From positions 1-40,807 of the forward strand of contig JAAPAO010000309.1 of assembly GCA_013115145.1 (NCBI GenBank): a DNA stretch of 40,807 nt, read 5' to 3'. Shown one piece after another: positions 35,701-40,807 of this stretch. Each line of letters begins with the position of its first letter. The stretch's first letter is position 1. The translations under genes were made by a program, and so were the position numbers. This DNA comes from Perkinsus chesapeaki ATCC PRA-425 (Eukaryota; Protista; Perkinsozoa). Under the pieces are notes generated by a model. The model was not told the DNA's origin. It was given only the letters and a program-made list of their open reading frames with translations, and made no database searches.

Positions 35701-37022
35701 ACATCATCGTCCAAGTCGATGACCTCATCCTCCTCTTCCTTCAACGGTCGGCTATCATCGGACGAGATCGAGATCACCTCAGGATCTCTCGACGATCTCT
35801 CGGCGGCCCATCGATCACTCTCGGTTTTGCAAAACGGCTCGGTTTTCTCATGCTTCATGCTTGTTGCCACATGAGAACTGCCGAGATGATCGAAACGGTT
35901 CCTCCACGAGACGCCTCCGTAATTCGCTTCAGGTTTTACCCTGCAAGCTTCTTCCTTCAGAAATGCGTTATCTTCTTTGACATGTCCCGTGCGCCAACAA
36001 TGATGGTTGTCTTCTGCCCCCGTTTTCACACCGTCATACGAATCCTTCTTTACGTCGGCAGCAGTGGACACTGCTGTGTTCCAATGTGCTTGCTCGTTAC
36101 CCGTGCTGCTGCACCTCCTCGGCGATTGGTCATAATAGTTGATGAAGGTCGCCCCCCTTTTAAGCTCTGGTATTGGAGAATGACTGGGATAGTCGCTCGG
36201 TGTGCCATACCAATCACCACCGAATATGAAATCCTCGAAACGTGACCTTGTATCCGTGCTCGGCCTGCTGCAGCTCGGTGTGCTTGGCCGCGGTGTAGAG
36301 GCGTCATCTCCGAAAAAGGCATCCAGCACATCAGCTTCGTTGAAATCATAATCCCTAGGATCTCCTCCCCTCCCTGTCCGAGCGTCCCCGTCTCGATTGT
36401 GCCCACAGGCGTTTTTGTGCGCCTCGAGGAGCTCAGGCAGATAACAACGTGCGCAGAACTTGCAGCGGACCTTCAACTCGTTCACCTCCGCCCGGAACTC
36501 GCACTCCAACGTTTGGGGTGTTGTGAGGACAATGTCGTATTGTATCAGTTCCGGTGCGGTGATCTTATGATTCCCGTGGTAGAGATAGATTTTTAAAAAC
36601 TCCGTGCCGAAGTACTTATGTACCTCAGAGACCCACTGATGGAGCGTAGCAAGGGGTGCTATGATCAAGGTAGGCCCCTTCGTCTCCGGCTTTCTCACAG
36701 CGAGCATGGAGAGGAATTGGATGGTCTTACCCATCCCCATCTCGTCGGCTAGGATGCCACCGCGACGTTGCGGCAGTGTTTCTTGATTACACATCCAGGC
36801 TAGGCCTTCGCGCTGGTAAGGGAGTAGTTCAACACGTAACTGAACAAACAAGGTAAGGCTGAGAATGTGATACCATCTTACCTCGGAAGGCGGGGGGAAT
36901 CTGTGTAGTAGCTCTGGGGGTACATAACTGAATCCAATATCGACTTCGCTTTTTAGAGCCCCGGCATGAAGAGCATCATTTTCTCGGGCAGCGGTGCCTG
37001 GCGAAGATGGACTTGAATACAT
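32754..37022 (-). CDS. Rad16/Rad5-like SNF2 helicase-RING copy 3, no zf-PARP
   Basis: [13 protein letters not shown]; [11 protein letters not shown]; [11 protein letters not shown]; LLRRTK; RING C|GIC...CDHLFH...C...CPCC; [14 protein letters not shown]; QRAHRLGQ; ends DIRFLFQL*. Confidence 0.9.
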
Positions 37023-37683
37023 TAATCAACTTAGAAACTAGGTAGAGAACAATCTAGCAGGAAGGGAGGACCTACAAGCAGAGAGCAAATGGAGCTCTTC
37101 AAAGTTTGTAGGGATGGGACGCTATAACGTTGAGGCTCTCACTACAATGTGGGCATACAAATAACTACTGTTATATGCTCACACATCGTCTCATAGATGC
37201 TGCAGATGCTTAGTAAACAAAGGGACATTTATACACACTGGCTTCATCACAATAACGGTTCCAGGAAAGTAGGGCTTTATCCTTCCTGATCGTCGAGTAA
37301 GTGGCGCTAGTGTGACACTCATGGCAATATCACAGACACTCCCCAGTCGTGACACTATAAGTTGGTATCAAAGGGGAAAACGAGGAGAAACAAAGTGAGG
37401 GACATTACTCTGGGCCGGGATGAGCTTCTCGTTTGCCAAACCCAGTGAGGACTACACAGCTCACCTTTACCATCCCCCACTCAAGCCCGAACTGAACACG
37501 AGGCGACAAGTTCGTCTCGGCACACCATTAACAAGCACAATCAGCGCCATGCACAAGCAACACTACGCACCTTCGACTTACTAAATTCAGAAACGCCGAG
37601 CGAATGGGTGGCTCCCATGTCCTCTCGAACTCTCGGAGCATGATTTATTATTAATGTAACGGAATGAACTGTAACATGTTTGC

Positions 37684-40259
37684 TTAGAGTTTAAATAGGA
37701 ACTTCAAGTCCTGCAGACTAAGCTGCTGCAAGCGATAGGTGGCGCTCTCGTCGCCCCCAATCGTAGTGTCAGATACGAGCTGCTTCTTCTCCTGAATGTA
37801 AAAAATACCAAAGGCAGTAAAGCCACACAATTTGCACGGAGAAGTTCGCCCTTTGCCTTTCTCAGTTGATCAAGCTACAGAAGGGTTCTAGTCCCCAAAG
37901 TCCCCAGTTATTCTACTGCACACCAAGGAAATCGCAATCACGGCACACGCTAGTAGACGGAAGTCTCGGAAAGTGCGTCCAACGGGCCGCGTTTCTCGGA
38001 ACGCGACCTTCCTAACGATGCCACTTCAAGCCCCACTTGTAATAAAAGTATTCGCTCTTCAATGGTATCTTGGACAATGAACTTGATCGCTTTAACCTCT
38101 CTAGTCTGCCCCAGACGATGGGCCCTTTGGATAGCTTGGAGCTCGGCTGCTGGATTCCACCACGGATCTAGCACAGACGAGATACAATGGGACACTGCAA
38201 AACTTCGTCTCAAACAGAACCGCTGCGCCGTGGAGGTCGTGAAAGAATCGCAAAGTAGAATGAGCTATATTTCACACATACAATCGAAGTGAAATCCGAG
38301 ATTGACCTGTCGGCAATTTCCAGCCCATAGGCGACAGGCAACAAGATGATCATACACACGAGGATGTGTTCGAAGGCGGAGTTACTGAAACACCCGCATT
38401 AATAGAACAGTTCAGTTAGATAATTTAACAGCGTACATAATCTACTCCAAGTACACCACACCAATGGCTACTCGTATTAGGCTACTACCACCACACTACT
38501 CACATGATGGTACGTAGTGCGACAGGTAGTACTATAATCAGTATAGACCCTCACAGGGATTCCGTACTAGTATAGTAACGTAAATGGCCCTCAATTATCC
38601 ATATAAGGCCTGGCCTGATAAACAACGACTTACCGACTATAAACGCTCTGTTGGCAGCTTGCAGATTTATACCCTCTCCTGCCGCACGCAGGGATATCAG
38701 TAGTATAATGGAATTAGGGTCCTGAACGCGGAAAATACAAGAAAGCAACAGAGCGATGGCACCTTACGGATTTAAAATGATAAACCAGTCTGTTACGTGT
38801 CGCCACATTCAACCCTCCATGAATTGTCTATACACCAACAACTATAATCGAAAGTGAGCACATGTTTCTGCCTACCCCTGATAGGCCCATATTTCTGCGC
38901 CGAATCTCCTGCTCAGTTATTTCCAACAGTGACGTGAACTGCGAGAAAATCAAACTGAAAAGCAAAGACCACCGTCGGGCGAGTTCTATCAAGAGCTGCC
39001 GAATGCTTACAACTTATTGGTCGGGTCCACCTTGACCATAGTCTGGACCACATCCAACACTTCGTTCACCTTACTTGAGGATACCACCTTATCGCTCGGT
39101 ATCCTACTGATGATCGTGTTCTTTCGAACCAGCTTAGGAGATCCAAGGAAAGCCTCGAGGCTGCTACCGGGCTCGACCGGCGGCTCGGCTAACTGCCGAG
39201 GTATTGTCACCTGAAGGTAGTATTAATCATAAGCAGGAACAAAAGACTTTCCTCACCGTGCCAAAATGAACCTCAACCCGTTTGAGACATGACGGGCATT
39301 CTATTAGTCCTGATGCTTCTTCGCCCGTATATTGGCGGATACATTGACTAAAAATCATACCACTATGCTCCTGCCCGAAACCCTACTTATGGAACACATC
39401 CCCACAAGTTCCCCTCGCCATGGCCTCTCCTTGCACTGGCGGTCTCACAGGAATCTCATCATAGCAGATCAGCTGAGCATGGGAAGTAAGTCAGGAGAGA
39501 CACAGAAAGCATTGTAGAAAGAAAGATTGTAAAGCGCGTTGATATCATCTACTGTACTATGTAGTCATCGGCGATCCGTATGTAGCCAGCGCAGAACAGC
39601 ACGCTACAAGAGCCCTAATGCTACTGCATAGACTATATAAATACGCCCACCAGTCACAAACGACTCGGATATCTTTCAAAGACGTAAATTACATATCCAC
39701 CTCCACACTTACACATTGCCTATTTGCATTCTTCTCCAAAGACTCACTATAGGTGATAAGGTGCCGGTGGTTAGCCGCCTGAAGGAATAACAAATAATCC
39801 CGATAACAGTGGGCCCCGCTGATTGCGTAATTAGCCGTTGTATAACTGTTAAATGCCCTCTTGTAACCCTTTCTCAGAAACGAGACAACATCGAGAACGC
39901 GCCGCATTCTGGGATAGTTTGCCGAATTCAATACGTCCAACTATCGCAGACCATCTGTCCATAAAGTAGTCCCCAACGCTCTTACCTGTCTAAGCCTCAG
40001 CAACAGTACCAATATATCCGATACCTTGGCCTCTAGTTGCCCCTCAGCAGCAAGTTGCTGCACCTTTTCCTGATACTCCTCGAAAAGCTCATCGTAGAAC
40101 GCACGCTCGTCCGGCGCAAGGCGGATGAAACGCGTCTCGGTGACGAGGTCAAGTAGCTGGACATCTTGATGTCGCTCGGCTTTGGTGCGACGCAGCAGGA
40201 TGTTGCCAAGAATCTTCCGCAACAAGTCCAACGCTTGCCGACCTTCCCAAGAATTAGCA
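37684..40259 (-). CDS. Rad16/Rad5-like SNF2 helicase-RING copy 4, only the C-terminal half visible (partial or 5'-decayed)
   Basis: LLRRTK, LRLRQ|AANH, RING C|LIC...CGDVFH...[29 protein letters not shown]...[16 protein letters not shown]. No Walker A or B in the window. Confidence 0.8.
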
Positions 40260-40597
40260 CTTCCAAGACGGACAAGGAATACAAATTTCCGGAATGCCCG
40301 TTCAGTATATAGTATTAGTGATTGTGAAGACTCAAGTGTTTCCGAGTATCCCATAATATAAACTATAAGTTTATATCACCTTACTCAAGGTTACTGAATA
40401 GATATATGGATTATAATCTCAGGATAGGCTATAGTGCTGCCTAATACCACTCATGCCACATACATTCGAACAAAGTATACGAACAGTTCAAACAAATACT
40501 ATCACAGTTTTTGTTTGCTAATTTGCAATGAATGCTTTATCATCATAAAGATGGACCGTACTGTAGTGGCCCTGACTAGACTATTTGTAGCAGACTC

Positions 40598-40807
40598 TCT
40601 GTAATAAACCCTGTATATAATCTATCTTACTAGTCCAGTCCAGAATGTCTGTAATAAGCCCTGTATATAATCTATCTTACTAGTCCAGTCCAGAATGTCT
40701 GTAATAAGCCCTGTATATAATCTATCTTACTAGTCCAGTCCAGAATGTCTGTAATAAGCCCTGTATATAATCTATCTTACTAGTCCAGTCCAGAATGTCT
40801 GTAATAA
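40598..40807. repeat. 50-bp minisatellite, at least 4 copies, running off the window end
   Basis: The unit gtaataagccctgtatataatctatcttactagtccagtccagaatgtct starts at 40601, 40651, 40701, 40751 and 40801, with no spacers. Confidence 0.97.

Noticed and set aside
40598-40807. CRISPR-like array
   Set aside because: The units are head-to-tail with no unique spacers, there are no cas genes, and the context is eukaryotic. It is a minisatellite.

Overview
Compact, intron-rich eukaryotic DNA with short GT-AG introns. By inference it is from a Perkinsus-like alveolate; this is not confirmed. Bases 1-2.9 kb carry three + strand genes: a 5'-truncated Pro/Ser-rich protein with 17-aa repeats, an intronless RecA/Rad51-paralog-like ORF with a degenerate Walker A, and a 6-exon centrin (CETN3/Cdc31 type). 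Every recognisable intact gene from 3.4 kb to the end is on the - strand. The 3-14.6 kb region is a birth-and-death zone with four copies of an orphan secreted-protein gene, centrin remnants of two different ages, duplicated non-coding blocks and a Cys-rich secreted protein. WRAP73/WDR8 follows. From 17 to 40.3 kb lies a tandem array of four Rad16/Rad5-type SNF2-RING helicase genes, interrupted by tRNA-Leu(AAG) and two helicase-less genes. Those two genes share an N-terminal WD-x5-W + PARP-type zinc-finger module with helicase copy 1, and one also has a SAP domain. The window ends inside a 50-bp minisatellite. The most interesting signal is this modular cluster: one fused sensor-helicase, two sensor-only genes and sensor-less helicases, each complete helicase carrying a different large disordered insertion in the ATPase lobe. 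Exon boundaries were read by eye and no searches were run.
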